Below are positions 25,533 through 33,403 of a DNA stretch of 41,039 nucleotides, in pieces. The notes beneath the pieces are model-generated. The model was not told the origin of the DNA, did not search any database, and worked only from the letters and a program-made list of their open reading frames with translations. This DNA comes from a virus. Numbering within the stretch: position 1 is the stretch's first letter; the number at the start of each line of letters is the position of its first letter. The position numbers and the translations under genes are program-made. Where the stretch lies: IMG/VR virus record IMGVR_UViG_3300026187_000001. One strand, written 5' to 3'.

Positions 25533-25667
25533 CTATGTTCCTAGTGCTAGTGCTATCATTACAACCATAGATAAAGTCAGTGCTCTGCCTACGATCATTA
25601 CGTATTGTGGTGGTAGCGGTATCGCTATGTACAGTGACAACACTACCAACCATGTAAGTAAACCCAT
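25533..25667 (-). CDS. 44-aa two-TM peptide not in the track (MGLLTWLVVLSLYIAIPLPPQYVMIVGRALTLSMVVMIALALGT)
   Basis: Hand translation. Its ATG overlaps the upstream stop (TAATG) and its stop lies 1 nt before the next ATG. Confidence 0.5.
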   Translation of the reverse strand: MGLLTWLVVLSLYIAIPLPPQYVMIVGRALTLSMVVMIALALGT

Positions 25668-25888
25668 TACTCGTCGTCACCCCAATCCTTTGTTACTGTG
25701 CAGTTGTTCCAACCATCATCGTATGCGTCGATCTCCTCTTGTGTCATGTGTTCCATTGTTACGACACGTGATCCTAAACTGTCAAGCCATAGGTTAGGCA
25801 TAGCTCTGCGTCCGTAGTATCTATCAGCGTGACCCCTGTCGTATGCAGATTCCAACCTGTCCATTGCCATTGCGTTTACTTTACCCAT
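25667..25888 (-). CDS. Hypothetical early protein, acidic C-terminus (73 aa)
   Basis: ORF with RBS-like aaaggaaataacATG. No motif recognised. Confidence 0.5.
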   Translation of the reverse strand: MGKVNAMAMDRLESAYDRGHADRYYGRRAMPNLWLDSLGSRVVTMEHMTQEEIDAYDDGWNNCTVTKDWGDDE

Positions 25889-25941
25889 GTTATTTCCTTT
25901 CGATTTGCTTATGCGGATTAAGATTCAATTAACCATGCTAG

Positions 25942-25995
25942 AATATAGCAACAGATTAGTATTGTCAAGAGAAAAATTCCTATTGTCATTGTCAA
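25942..25995 (-). promoter_or_regulatory. Weak promoter/operator candidate with reiterated TTGACAAT boxes
   Basis: The minus strand reads ggggTTGACAATGACAATAgg...ctcTTGACAATActaatctgttgcTATATT. The spacer from -35 to TATATT is only 15 nt, so this is tentative. Confidence 0.3.
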
Positions 25996-25999
25996 CCCC

Positions 26000-26590
26000 T
26001 TAGATATTGTGTTCACGTTTCCATGTAGTCCATGTAATTGCTTGCAATTCATGAGGTAGTATGCCTACACGCTTTGCAGCTTTAACATATGCAGCTTGCA
26101 TGTCAAGATATAATTTCTTACCCATGTTTGTCTTGTCTGTGGTCAGTCCTTCACGATACCCACGAGCAATGTTGAGTGCATGTCCGTCAATCGTAACCTC
26201 ATTGAGTCCACGAATGTTAGAGTAGAATGATCTGATTTTCTGTCCGTTGAGTCGAGTCAGTATGTCATCATCATCAACTAGATTATCTGACAGGATAGAC
26301 CACGCCTTTTCTTTCATCTTGTTATAACACGACACCTTGAAGTCGGTCAGATCACCACCTTGTATCCATGCAACACACATTGTTTCTGTGTCCTTGATGT
26401 TGCGTTCCCACCGATTGTTGGGTGACAGCGCAGCCATGACACCAATGACAGTATGACGGTGGATCATGTACTTGGTTGAGATTACTTTTGCGTATCTTGC
26501 CGCACGATCATACCATTCTAGACCGTTTGCGTGGTCCTCTGGTGTTGCTCTGCGGTATACTTTGAGTATGTTTTTGACGTGTTGTGTCAT
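26000..26590 (-). CDS. Conserved hypothetical early protein (196 aa)
   Basis: A long clean ORF. The block WYDRAARYAKVIS...VMAALSPNNRWERN recalls a widespread uncharacterised phage family. No function can be assigned. Confidence 0.55.
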   Translation of the reverse strand: MTQHVKNILKVYRRATPEDHANGLEWYDRAARYAKVISTKYMIHRHTVIGVMAALSPNNRWERNIKDTETMCVAWIQGGDLTDFKVSCYNKMKEKAWSILSDNLVDDDDILTRLNGQKIRSFYSNIRGLNEVTIDGHALNIARGYREGLTTDKTNMGKKLYLDMQAAYVKAAKRVGILPHELQAITWTTWKREHNI

Positions 26591-26672
26591 TGGTCCTGTT
26601 CCTCTTTCTTTCCTATTTGTGTTGGTTTATCTAGTGACACCTTAACAGATGTCACCAATAAATCAACCCCTT

Positions 26673-27089
26673 TTATCCATTGTGTACTGTGTCTGGATTT
26701 CCTTTAACAGTGATCCAATACATGTTTAAATCTGGTCGGTATGTCCAAGCATCATGTTTCATTGCTTCATCTTTAGAAACATCTTTTAAAGAGCCTACAC
26801 TTTCCCTTGTCTGATCGGAATAAACCAGTTCAGCATATTGTTTATTGCACTCTGATACCCTAAGTATACTTTCCTGATTTTCAACGAACCCCTTGCCTAT
26901 AACGTGTTCTTTGAAATCATCCCATAACATCATATAGGACGGCTCAATTTCACCTTTATACGATCCGATACAGTGTACCATGTTACCTTTCATTTTTTGC
27001 ATGGCTCTTGCGGTATCTATATGACGCAAAAATTTAGCTTGTGTGTGTGTGTCGGTTACATTGTCTATTGAGAATATAACGTATTTCAT
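26673..27089 (-). CDS. Hypothetical early protein (138 aa)
   Basis: Clean ORF with RBS aggaaagaaaaATG. No motif recognised. Confidence 0.5.
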   Translation of the reverse strand: MKYVIFSIDNVTDTHTQAKFLRHIDTARAMQKMKGNMVHCIGSYKGEIEPSYMMLWDDFKEHVIGKGFVENQESILRVSECNKQYAELVYSDQTRESVGSLKDVSKDEAMKHDAWTYRPDLNMYWITVKGNPDTVHNG

Positions 27090-27115
27090 TTTTCTTTCCT
27101 CTTTTGATTGACCGT

Positions 27116-27152
27116 CTTGGAATGGTGCTATTGTGGCAGCACCTAACCAAGA
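27116..27152 (-). other. Intergenic hairpin CTTGG-aat-GGTGCT-loop8-AGCACC-taa-CCAAG
   Basis: Read directly. There is 5+6 bp of pairing around a symmetric internal loop, between two early genes. It lacks a U-tract, so it is not a classic terminator. Confidence 0.35.
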
Positions 27153-27155
27153 ATG

Positions 27156-27281
27156 TCAATAGTTAATTTGTTTTTCTAGTTCTTCAAGTTGTTTTCTTAT
27201 TTGTTTGTGCTTTTCTGCAATCTTTTTGTTATTCTCTTTTATTGTCTTTAAAAGATATTCAAGTTCTTGATCAGTTGTCAT
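27156..27281 (-). CDS. Small coiled-coil early protein (41 aa from MTTDQELEYLL); the track version extends to 27413
   Basis: The C-terminal 41 aa form a charged heptad helix. The 44-aa N-terminal extension in the track is Ile/Tyr/Asn-rich, lacks an RBS and looks non-coding. Confidence 0.4.
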   Translation of the reverse strand: MTTDQELEYLLKTIKENNKKIAEKHKQIRKQLEELEKQINY

Positions 27282-27423
27282 TGTTTCTTTCTTTCGTGTT
27301 GTTGTTTCGATATATTCAGTATTGCAAATTAAATCACAGTTGTAAACGACTACAAAGTATATCCAGTCTATACTAAAGGATAGGTCCAATTGTATATTAT
27401 AATGTATACCCATTGAATCGGTT

Positions 27424-27451
27424 CAGATAGGTAAGAACTATTGACGTATTA
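27424..27451 (+). repeat. Control-region repeat R1: CAGATAGGTAAG-aacta-TTGACGTATTA
   Basis: Read directly. It is one of three 28-bp copies. Confidence 0.85.
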
Positions 27452-27467
27452 ATCCAATCAGATCAAT

Positions 27468-27495
27468 CAGATAGGTAAGGTTTGTTGACCTTTAT
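27468..27495 (+). repeat. Control-region repeat R2: CAGATAGGTAAG-gtttg-TTGACCTTTAT
   Basis: Read directly. It lies 44 bp after R1. Confidence 0.85.
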
Positions 27496-27540
27496 TGTAT
27501 TTCCCTTACAAAGTGTTACATTATAACAGTATCGATCCTA

Positions 27541-27552
27541 TTTGTGATCACG
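27541..27552. repeat. Palindrome box 1: TTTGTGATCACG (core GTGATCAC, contains GATC)
   Basis: Read directly. Confidence 0.85.
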
Positions 27553-27556
27553 TTTA

Positions 27557-27584
27557 CAGATAGGTCAGCATTCTTGACGTATTA
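27557..27584 (+). repeat. Control-region repeat R3: CAGATAGGTCAG-cattc-TTGACGTATTA
   Basis: Read directly. It lies 89 bp after R2 and abuts palindrome box 2. Confidence 0.85.
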
Positions 27585-27596
27585 TTTGTGATCACA
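27585..27596. repeat. Palindrome box 2: TTTGTGATCACA (10-bp perfect palindrome TGTGATCACA)
   Basis: Read directly. It lies 44 bp after box 1. Confidence 0.85.
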
Positions 27597-27615
27597 GATT
27601 GCCGGGGGGTACTTT

Positions 27616-27627
27616 TTTGTGATCACA
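27616..27627. repeat. Palindrome box 3: TTTGTGATCACA
   Basis: Read directly. It lies 31 bp after box 2. Confidence 0.85.
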
Positions 27628-27816
27628 CGCAGGGGTGAGGCGGGGGTCTAGGGGGTTCCTCTGTATTGTACATTACGACATAAAATTATCTCAGAAAAAC
27701 ATTAGACCCTGCAGAGGGGGTAGGTACTTGTAACAACAGAACCTGCACTGTACGGTCCTCTCCGTGGCTCTCAGAGGTATTTTACATACAGGGGTGCGGT
27801 GTACACTTGTAGTATC

Positions 27817-27910
27817 CTTACTTTAAGTAATAGTGTTTAAAGTATTATAATATACTTATAACACAAGTACTTGTAGTAATAATTACTTAAAGTAATATAG
27901 GGTATCATAA
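27817..27910. repeat. Copy B of the roughly 90-bp imperfect direct repeat (partner 25064..25152)
   Basis: It has the same conserved blocks as copy A. On the minus strand it contains TGTTATAAGTATAT. Confidence 0.8.
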
Positions 27911-27961
27911 AAAACATCTGTTGTAAAGTAAATTAATTTTACACTTTATGTCGTTTTAGTG

Positions 27962-28003
27962 TTGACAAACCTATTGTTTCCGTGTTAATATATAAGTATA
28001 GGG
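27962..28003 (+). promoter_or_regulatory. Late-arm sigma70-type promoter: TTGACA-N18-TAATAT followed by ATAAGTATAGGGGG
   Basis: The -35 is 27962..27967 and the -10 is 27986..27991. It ends about 10 nt before the first plus-strand gene (ATG 28014). Confidence 0.7.
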
Positions 28004-28013
28004 GGACTAAACC

Positions 28014-28556
28014 ATGTCTATGTATAACCTACAACAGCTTAAAACAGAGAACGGAATCATAAGGACTAAGAGTTTGTTTTACGAACTGTCCTATGACTCA
28101 CCAGAGTATGCGTTGTTTACGCTGAAAGAAGAAGACATCGTGATGCCTGATGGCAGACCTGCTACGGCTCTGGGTAAGTTGTACATAGCATTTGCAACAA
28201 TGGACCCGACAGAGTACCAGTTCGCTACTGCAGTCTTTGGTAGTTGGGAAGTCTGGGAAAAGATGCAGACGACTGTGCCACTCAAGAAACCTATTGAGAA
28301 GTGGCGTAGAGAGGCAGAAGTAAAACGTAAATCACTTGCCTTTGAGTCTGTTATAAAAGAAATACAAGAGGGTGGGCGTAGTAGTTTCACTGCAGCTAAG
28401 TTCTTAATCAACGAAGAATGGAAAGCTAAAGAAGACGGACGTGCTGCTCGTAAAGAAAAGAATCTAAAAGACAAGACTACATCTGAAGAAGCTTTCGAAA
28501 GAGCAGGTGTAAACGAAGACTTGAAGCGATTAAAAGATCAGGGTTTAATAAACTGA
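28014..28556 (+). CDS. Hypothetical protein, first gene of the plus arm (180 aa); possibly a DNA-binding protein or small terminase subunit
   Basis: Clean ORF. The basic, coiled C-terminal half (KWRREAEVKRK...) and the promoter-proximal position are the only support for the functional guess. Confidence 0.5.
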   Translation: MSMYNLQQLKTENGIIRTKSLFYELSYDSPEYALFTLKEEDIVMPDGRPATALGKLYIAFATMDPTEYQFATAVFGSWEVWEKMQTTVPLKKPIEKWRREAEVKRKSLAFESVIKEIQEGGRSSFTAAKFLINEEWKAKEDGRAARKEKNLKDKTTSEEAFERAGVNEDLKRLKDQGLIN

Positions 28557-28578
28557 TTCAAAAGGGAGGCGCAAGCGA

Positions 28579-28872
28579 ATGGCTAAACGGCCTACAGTAA
28601 ATACGATTAGTTCTGGCTATGCTTCACAGAGTCAGTTAAATGAAAACTTTACAAATCTTAAAAATGGATTTAATAATACTCTGTCACTAGATGGTAGTGC
28701 TCCGAATGCTATGCAAGGTGACTTAGACCTAAACGATAATGATCTTTTAAATGTACGTGCTATCTATGTAGATGGTGTTAATGTTCTTAATGTCTTAGAC
28801 AATGTTACTGTTAGTACAGCAAGCCCTACAGGTGGTGAAGACGGTGACATCTGGTTTAAAGTATCTAGTTAA
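28579..28872 (+). CDS. Short tail-fibre-like protein carrying only the conserved fibre N-terminal module (97 aa)
   Basis: NENFTNL...LSLDGSAPNAMQGDLDLNDNDLLNV is the N..M.gdLDmN.n.i.N motif common at the N-termini of phage tail fibres and tailspikes. Confidence 0.55.
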   Translation: MAKRPTVNTISSGYASQSQLNENFTNLKNGFNNTLSLDGSAPNAMQGDLDLNDNDLLNVRAIYVDGVNVLNVLDNVTVSTASPTGGEDGDIWFKVSS

Positions 28873-28912
28873 CAAATAAAGCATAAGCGAAAGCAAAGAA
28901 GGAATATAAAAT

Positions 28913-29299
28913 ATGGCTGCTCTTTCAGATCACGCAGAAGACCTACTACTAGACTTCCTAATGACAAGTGGCACTGCTACTCGTCCTACAGCCTGGTATC
29001 TAGCTCTATTCACTGCTGCACCTAATGACGCAGGTGGTGGTACAGAAGTATCTACAGGTGGATATACACGTCAGACGATTGCATTTAGTGCTGCTTCTGG
29101 TGGTGCTACAAGTAATACTGCTGACGTAAGTTATACTGCTTCGGGTGCTAACTACGGCACAGTTACTCACGTGGGTATATTTGATGCAAGTTCTGGTGGT
29201 AACCTACTATGGCACGGTGCGATGACTGCATCTAAGACTGTTGAAGATGGCGACACAATTACATTTGCTGCAGGTAACGTAGACCTTACACTAGCATAA
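28913..29299 (+). CDS. Conserved fibre-cluster protein (128 aa)
   Basis: The pattern LLDFL...P.AWYLALFTAAP...GGTEVS.GGYTRQ...IFDA.SGGNLLWHG recalls a family often found beside tail-fibre genes. Its function is unknown. Confidence 0.5.
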   Translation: MAALSDHAEDLLLDFLMTSGTATRPTAWYLALFTAAPNDAGGGTEVSTGGYTRQTIAFSAASGGATSNTADVSYTASGANYGTVTHVGIFDASSGGNLLWHGAMTASKTVEDGDTITFAAGNVDLTLA

Positions 29300-29317
29300 T
29301 AGCAAAGGGCTTCTGTC

Positions 29318-30613
29318 ATGGCTAATATATACAGAGGCGCAACCGTAAGGCCAGTCTTCTACTACGAGAATACAAGTGGTGGTTTTAGGGCTGACCTTCA
29401 GCTTGATCTAATTAGTTTAGACGGTACTACTTATAGTTTTGAGTCTAGCGGTAATGGGTTTGAAACTACTACTACCTCAACAGATATAAGTAATTATGAT
29501 ACTGCTAGTTGGACTACTGTATTAACAGGTACTACATCAGGACGGTTTAACAGAGACACAGCAGGAACAGGTTCATCTGGTACTGGTCTAAATACTGCTG
29601 CTGCAGGTAGCTACTACTTATACGCTGAGACATCTAGCCCTGCGACTGCTGTAGGATTTGATTTTCTTCTTAGAGGACCGCAAGTAACTTTAGGGAATGA
29701 CCCTGACTTTACTTTCTATGAGGCTCGTTATAGTAGCGACAGTACAATGGGTACGCTTAAAGTGTACCTTGAAGTTATTACTTCTGGTGCAGGTGGTGCT
29801 CCTACAGGATTATCTCCTTTACTTCTTACTACCACAGGAAACACTGCTTCTTGGGTACAACAGACAGTAGATATTCAATCTGTTGAAGGTTTCCGTATAG
29901 ATGAAGCAAGTAATACACGTATTGCTGAGAACGGTGATGTACGTATTACAGAACAGTTCGTTGAAGGTTTATCTGCACTATCAGGATCAGGTGCTCTAGC
30001 TTCTGTAGCAAATACTACTTATCAGGCTGCGTCTAGTTTATCGTCTATTGGTTCTAAGCTTACTGCTGCAGGATTAACATCTGAAGCTGATCCTATTACC
30101 CTGAGTGCTACAGGAACTATGACTGCTACAGGCGGTGCGTTGTTCCAAGACTCAGTAAGTGTATCAGGAACAGGTACTGCTACGTTCCTTGGATTGAATA
30201 GCTTCGATATTAGTAAAGCATTCAGTGGAACAGGTACAGCAACCTTCGATGGTATACGTATTAAGAATGCTTCTGGGTCGTTTAGTGCATCAGGTACGTT
30301 TAGCAATGTTTATGACTTTGTACACTACGGTGCTTTACTTACAGAAGACGAAGAGTTTACACGTATTACTGAAGCAGGTGACACTCGTATAGACGAAGCA
30401 GGTAATACACGAATTGTTCTAATTGCAGGAAATGTCGGTGAAGGCTTCTTAGAAGCAGACTGTACACAGATTATCTTTAGTTCTACTGCGTATATAAAAT
30501 GGAATGGTCAGTGGACTACCTTCACACCTAAAGTTAAACAAGATGGTACGTGGGATGACCCTCTAGCTATCTATAAAAAGATTGATGCGAATACTTGGAA
30601 GAGGGCTTATTAA
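29318..30613 (+). CDS. Tail fibre / receptor-binding protein with a MAM/LamG-like N-terminal domain and RITE-GD-R repeats (431 aa)
   Basis: GTGSSGTGLNTAAAGSYYLYAETSS is MAM-like. The peptides RIDEASNTRIAENGDVRITE and FTRITEAGDTRIDEAGNTRI are repeated, as is the SGTGTATF unit. Confidence 0.6.
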   Translation: MANIYRGATVRPVFYYENTSGGFRADLQLDLISLDGTTYSFESSGNGFETTTTSTDISNYDTASWTTVLTGTTSGRFNRDTAGTGSSGTGLNTAAAGSYYLYAETSSPATAVGFDFLLRGPQVTLGNDPDFTFYEARYSSDSTMGTLKVYLEVITSGAGGAPTGLSPLLLTTTGNTASWVQQTVDIQSVEGFRIDEASNTRIAENGDVRITEQFVEGLSALSGSGALASVANTTYQAASSLSSIGSKLTAAGLTSEADPITLSATGTMTATGGALFQDSVSVSGTGTATFLGLNSFDISKAFSGTGTATFDGIRIKNASGSFSASGTFSNVYDFVHYGALLTEDEEFTRITEAGDTRIDEAGNTRIVLIAGNVGEGFLEADCTQIIFSSTAYIKWNGQWTTFTPKVKQDGTWDDPLAIYKKIDANTWKRAY

Positions 30614-30616
30614 AAA

Positions 30617-31234
30617 ATGGCTAATATTAAAATCTCAGATATGACTGCTGCAGCCAATGCTTCTGGTACGCAGGAATACGAAGTAAATGAAAGTGGTACT
30701 ACTAAGAAAGTAACTGGTGCTCAGATTTCTACTTATGTCAGAGGTACTGTAACCCTAGCTGACTTGAGTGTAACTGCTTCAGCTACTGAATTAAACTATA
30801 ATGACATTACGACTCTAGGTACATCTGAAGCAAGTAAGACTGTTACTGCAGATGCTAACGGTGATGTTAACTTAACAGAAGAACTAAAAGCTAAATCATA
30901 TAACGAGACATACGCTGCAGTTACTTCTACCTCTAACGCTACAACAGTTAACTGTGAGAACGGTAATGCATTCAGTCATACTCTGACAGAGAACACTACA
31001 TTTACTTTTAGTAGTCCACCTGCAAGTGGCACTGCATTTAGTTTTAGTTTAGAGATTATTCAGGATGCATCAGCAAGCGGCTACACAGTCACATGGCCTA
31101 CGTCTGTTGATTGGCCCTCTGCTACGGCTCCTACATTAACTGCAACTGCATCCGCTAAAGATGTCTTCGTGTTCTATACACGAGATGGCGGTACTAACTG
31201 GTATGGATTCACTGCAGGTCAAGCACTAGGTTAA
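30617..31234 (+). CDS. Tail fibre protein (205 aa)
   Basis: The N-terminus MANIKISDMTAAANASG...KKVTGAQISTY and the C-terminal WP....WP.ATAPTLT......DVFVFYTRDGGTNWYGF resemble common fibre anchor and tip modules. Confidence 0.55.
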   Translation: MANIKISDMTAAANASGTQEYEVNESGTTKKVTGAQISTYVRGTVTLADLSVTASATELNYNDITTLGTSEASKTVTADANGDVNLTEELKAKSYNETYAAVTSTSNATTVNCENGNAFSHTLTENTTFTFSSPPASGTAFSFSLEIIQDASASGYTVTWPTSVDWPSATAPTLTATASAKDVFVFYTRDGGTNWYGFTAGQALG

Positions 31235-31247
31235 GGAGTAATAACTA

Positions 31248-32909
31248 ATGGCTTCTAAGAAAAAGTTATTACAAGCTGCATCAGGTGTATCTACAGGTAT
31301 TCCAGGTGCATGGGACTTAGCCTATGCTTTTCCAGACGATCCTAATACTTATGTAACTTATGGTATGGGAATTAATGATTCTTCTAGCGGAGTTTTTGCT
31401 GAAGGTTCAAATCCTTTTACAGTATTCTTTAAACCTGACGGTACAAAGATGTATGTCATTATCAGCGCAGGTGCTTCAAGTGGTGATAACGACACAGTAT
31501 TCCAATACTCTCTGAGTACGGCTTGGGATGTGACTACAAAAAGTTACGATAGTAAAAAGTTTTCTTTTGCATTACAAGAGACTAGCCCTTGGGGGTTGTG
31601 GTTTAAACCAGATGGTACTAAGATGTATATGTCTGGCTCTTTAAACGATACTCTTTTTCAGTATTCTTTATCTACTGCTTGGGATGTATCTACAGCATCT
31701 TATGATAGTGTATCTGTAGTTTTGTCAAGTTTTGCAGGGGATATAATAGCCACCGCTACAAGCATCTTTTTCAAGGATGATGGTACTGAATTTTATGTAA
31801 TAGACCCTGGTAATGATGATGTCCACCATTTTACTTTATCTACTGCTTGGGATTTAACTGCAAGCAACTGGACAAGACAAACAGACTTTTATGTTGGGGG
31901 TGAAGAATCTTCTCCTGCAGGTATAGCCCTTAGTCCTGACGGTAAGTATATGACAATACTTGGATACGCAGGAGATGATTTTACTAGCTTTAAATTAAGT
32001 ACTGCATGGGACACATCAACTGCTACTCTTATAAACGGTAGCCAAGTTTATGTTGGAGGTCTTGAAACTTCGCCAAGAAGTTTTGTTTGGGGGGAAGATG
32101 GTCGTGCTCTTTTCTATACTGGAACTGGTAGTGATCAAGTTCGAAAGTTATATGTGGGTGGATGGTCTTTCCTTTCTGAAGGAACAGCCCCAAGAGACAT
32201 AGCTTTCAATGATGATGGCACTATAATGTACATCCTAGATGATGCAGGGAATGACATTAACTATTATGACTTAACAATTCCTTATGATACGTCAGAAGAT
32301 AATGTTGTTGTAGATGGTGCAAAAAGATTCAGTCAGAATGAAAGTGTACCCAACGCACTTGACTTTAAAGCAGATGGAACAAGTCTTTACGTTAGTACTG
32401 AAAACAATATTACACAATATGATATGAGTACTGCATGGGATACATCGACTGCTTCAACAGGTAGTACTTTTAATCATACACCAACTGGAGCCACGGGTAT
32501 GAGATTTAGACCTGATGGCACTCAGGTGTTTGTAAATTATCAAGCTGATGATACTGTAAAAGCTTTAAATTTAAGTACTGCTTGGGATATATCAACTGCT
32601 TCATATGCAACAGGACAATCTTTTGATTATTCAACTCAATCTGCAAATGCTTGGGGAATAGAGTTTAAACCTGATGGTAAGAAATTATACATTCATTCTG
32701 AACAAGATGACAAGATATATCAGTATAGTTTAAGCACCGCATGGGATTTAACTACTGTTAGTTATGACAATACTTTTTATGACGCACGAACAAAGATAGG
32801 TAATGTATCGCCACATGGGATCAGGTTTAAACCAGATGGAACAAAGTTGTTTTATCTTGATAGTAATGAAGATAGAGTCATAAGAATTGGTGTTGAAGAT
32901 ACATCGTAA
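31248..32909 (+). CDS. Repeat protein, predicted beta-propeller with about 10 units of 50-58 aa; probable receptor-binding protein (553 aa)
   Basis: The STAWD motif occurs 7 times (LSTAWDVTT, VST, LTA, TST, TST, IST, LTT). Each is preceded by an F(K/R)PDG(T/K)K(M/L)(Y/F)-type strand. Confidence 0.6.
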   Translation: MASKKKLLQAASGVSTGIPGAWDLAYAFPDDPNTYVTYGMGINDSSSGVFAEGSNPFTVFFKPDGTKMYVIISAGASSGDNDTVFQYSLSTAWDVTTKSYDSKKFSFALQETSPWGLWFKPDGTKMYMSGSLNDTLFQYSLSTAWDVSTASYDSVSVVLSSFAGDIIATATSIFFKDDGTEFYVIDPGNDDVHHFTLSTAWDLTASNWTRQTDFYVGGEESSPAGIALSPDGKYMTILGYAGDDFTSFKLSTAWDTSTATLINGSQVYVGGLETSPRSFVWGEDGRALFYTGTGSDQVRKLYVGGWSFLSEGTAPRDIAFNDDGTIMYILDDAGNDINYYDLTIPYDTSEDNVVVDGAKRFSQNESVPNALDFKADGTSLYVSTENNITQYDMSTAWDTSTASTGSTFNHTPTGATGMRFRPDGTQVFVNYQADDTVKALNLSTAWDISTASYATGQSFDYSTQSANAWGIEFKPDGKKLYIHSEQDDKIYQYSLSTAWDLTTVSYDNTFYDARTKIGNVSPHGIRFKPDGTKLFYLDSNEDRVIRIGVEDTS

Positions 32910-32920
32910 GGAGAACTGTT

Positions 32921-33394
32921 ATGTATTATGTAAAAATAGAAAATGATGTAGTTGCACAGTATCCTTATTCTGTAGCAAACTTAAAAAGTGATAATCCTAA
33001 TACTAGCTTTCCTGCTAGTGTTTCGGATACCGTTCTTGAAAGATACGGCGTACACCCTGTTTCTTTTGAAGCTCAACCGTCTTATGATCCTGCTACAGAA
33101 AGAGTACAGCATAGTACTTCACCAGTTTTAAAAGATGGTACTTGGACTATTACAAAAACTGTTGTTGCTTTAAATGATGAACAAATTGCAAGTTATGCAA
33201 ATCATGTAAGCGGTAAGAATAGAGAAAAACGTGATACTCTATTAGCTAATACTGATTGGACTCAGATGAATGATAGTCCGTTGTCTAATGAAGACAAGAC
33301 TGCATGGGCTACGTACCGTCAAGAACTACGTGACATCAGTGATCTAGATGCATGGCCTCACTTAGCAGACGAGGACTGGCCTGTAGAACCATAA
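32921..33394 (+). CDS. Tail-fibre assembly chaperone-like protein (157 aa)
   Basis: The C-terminal RDTLLANTDWTQMNDSPLSNEDKTAWATYRQELRDISDLDAWP...DWPVEP matches the phage tail assembly chaperone signature. Confidence 0.7.
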   Translation: MYYVKIENDVVAQYPYSVANLKSDNPNTSFPASVSDTVLERYGVHPVSFEAQPSYDPATERVQHSTSPVLKDGTWTITKTVVALNDEQIASYANHVSGKNREKRDTLLANTDWTQMNDSPLSNEDKTAWATYRQELRDISDLDAWPHLADEDWPVEP

Positions 33395-33403
33395 GGACAC
33401 ATC

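Noticed and set aside
26591-26672. Intergenic palindrome GTGACA-N10-TGTCAC with a possible TTGATT-N16-TAAGGT promoter (minus strand)
   Set aside because: Both hexamers match the consensus at only 4 of 6 positions and the stem is only 6 bp. That is plausible but too weak to call as a feature.
27424-27584. The reverse complement of the 28-bp repeats starts TAATACGTCAA, resembling the first 7 nt of the T7 RNAP promoter (TAATACGACTCACTATAG)
   Set aside because: Identity ends after TAATACG, and there is no initiating GGG or ATAG block at the right distance. The genome encodes no single-subunit RNAP to use such a promoter.
27601-27810. tRNA gene or CRISPR-like array in the GC-rich non-coding island
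   Set aside because: No acceptor-stem complement was found, and no T-loop (GTTCRANYC-like) with a flanking 5-bp stem could be built on either strand. The repeats there are short and irregular, not a repeat-spacer array.
29318-32909. Repeats in the fibre genes as targets of a diversity-generating retroelement
   Set aside because: No reverse transcriptase gene and no template-repeat/variable-repeat DNA pair with adenine-specific differences is present in the genome.
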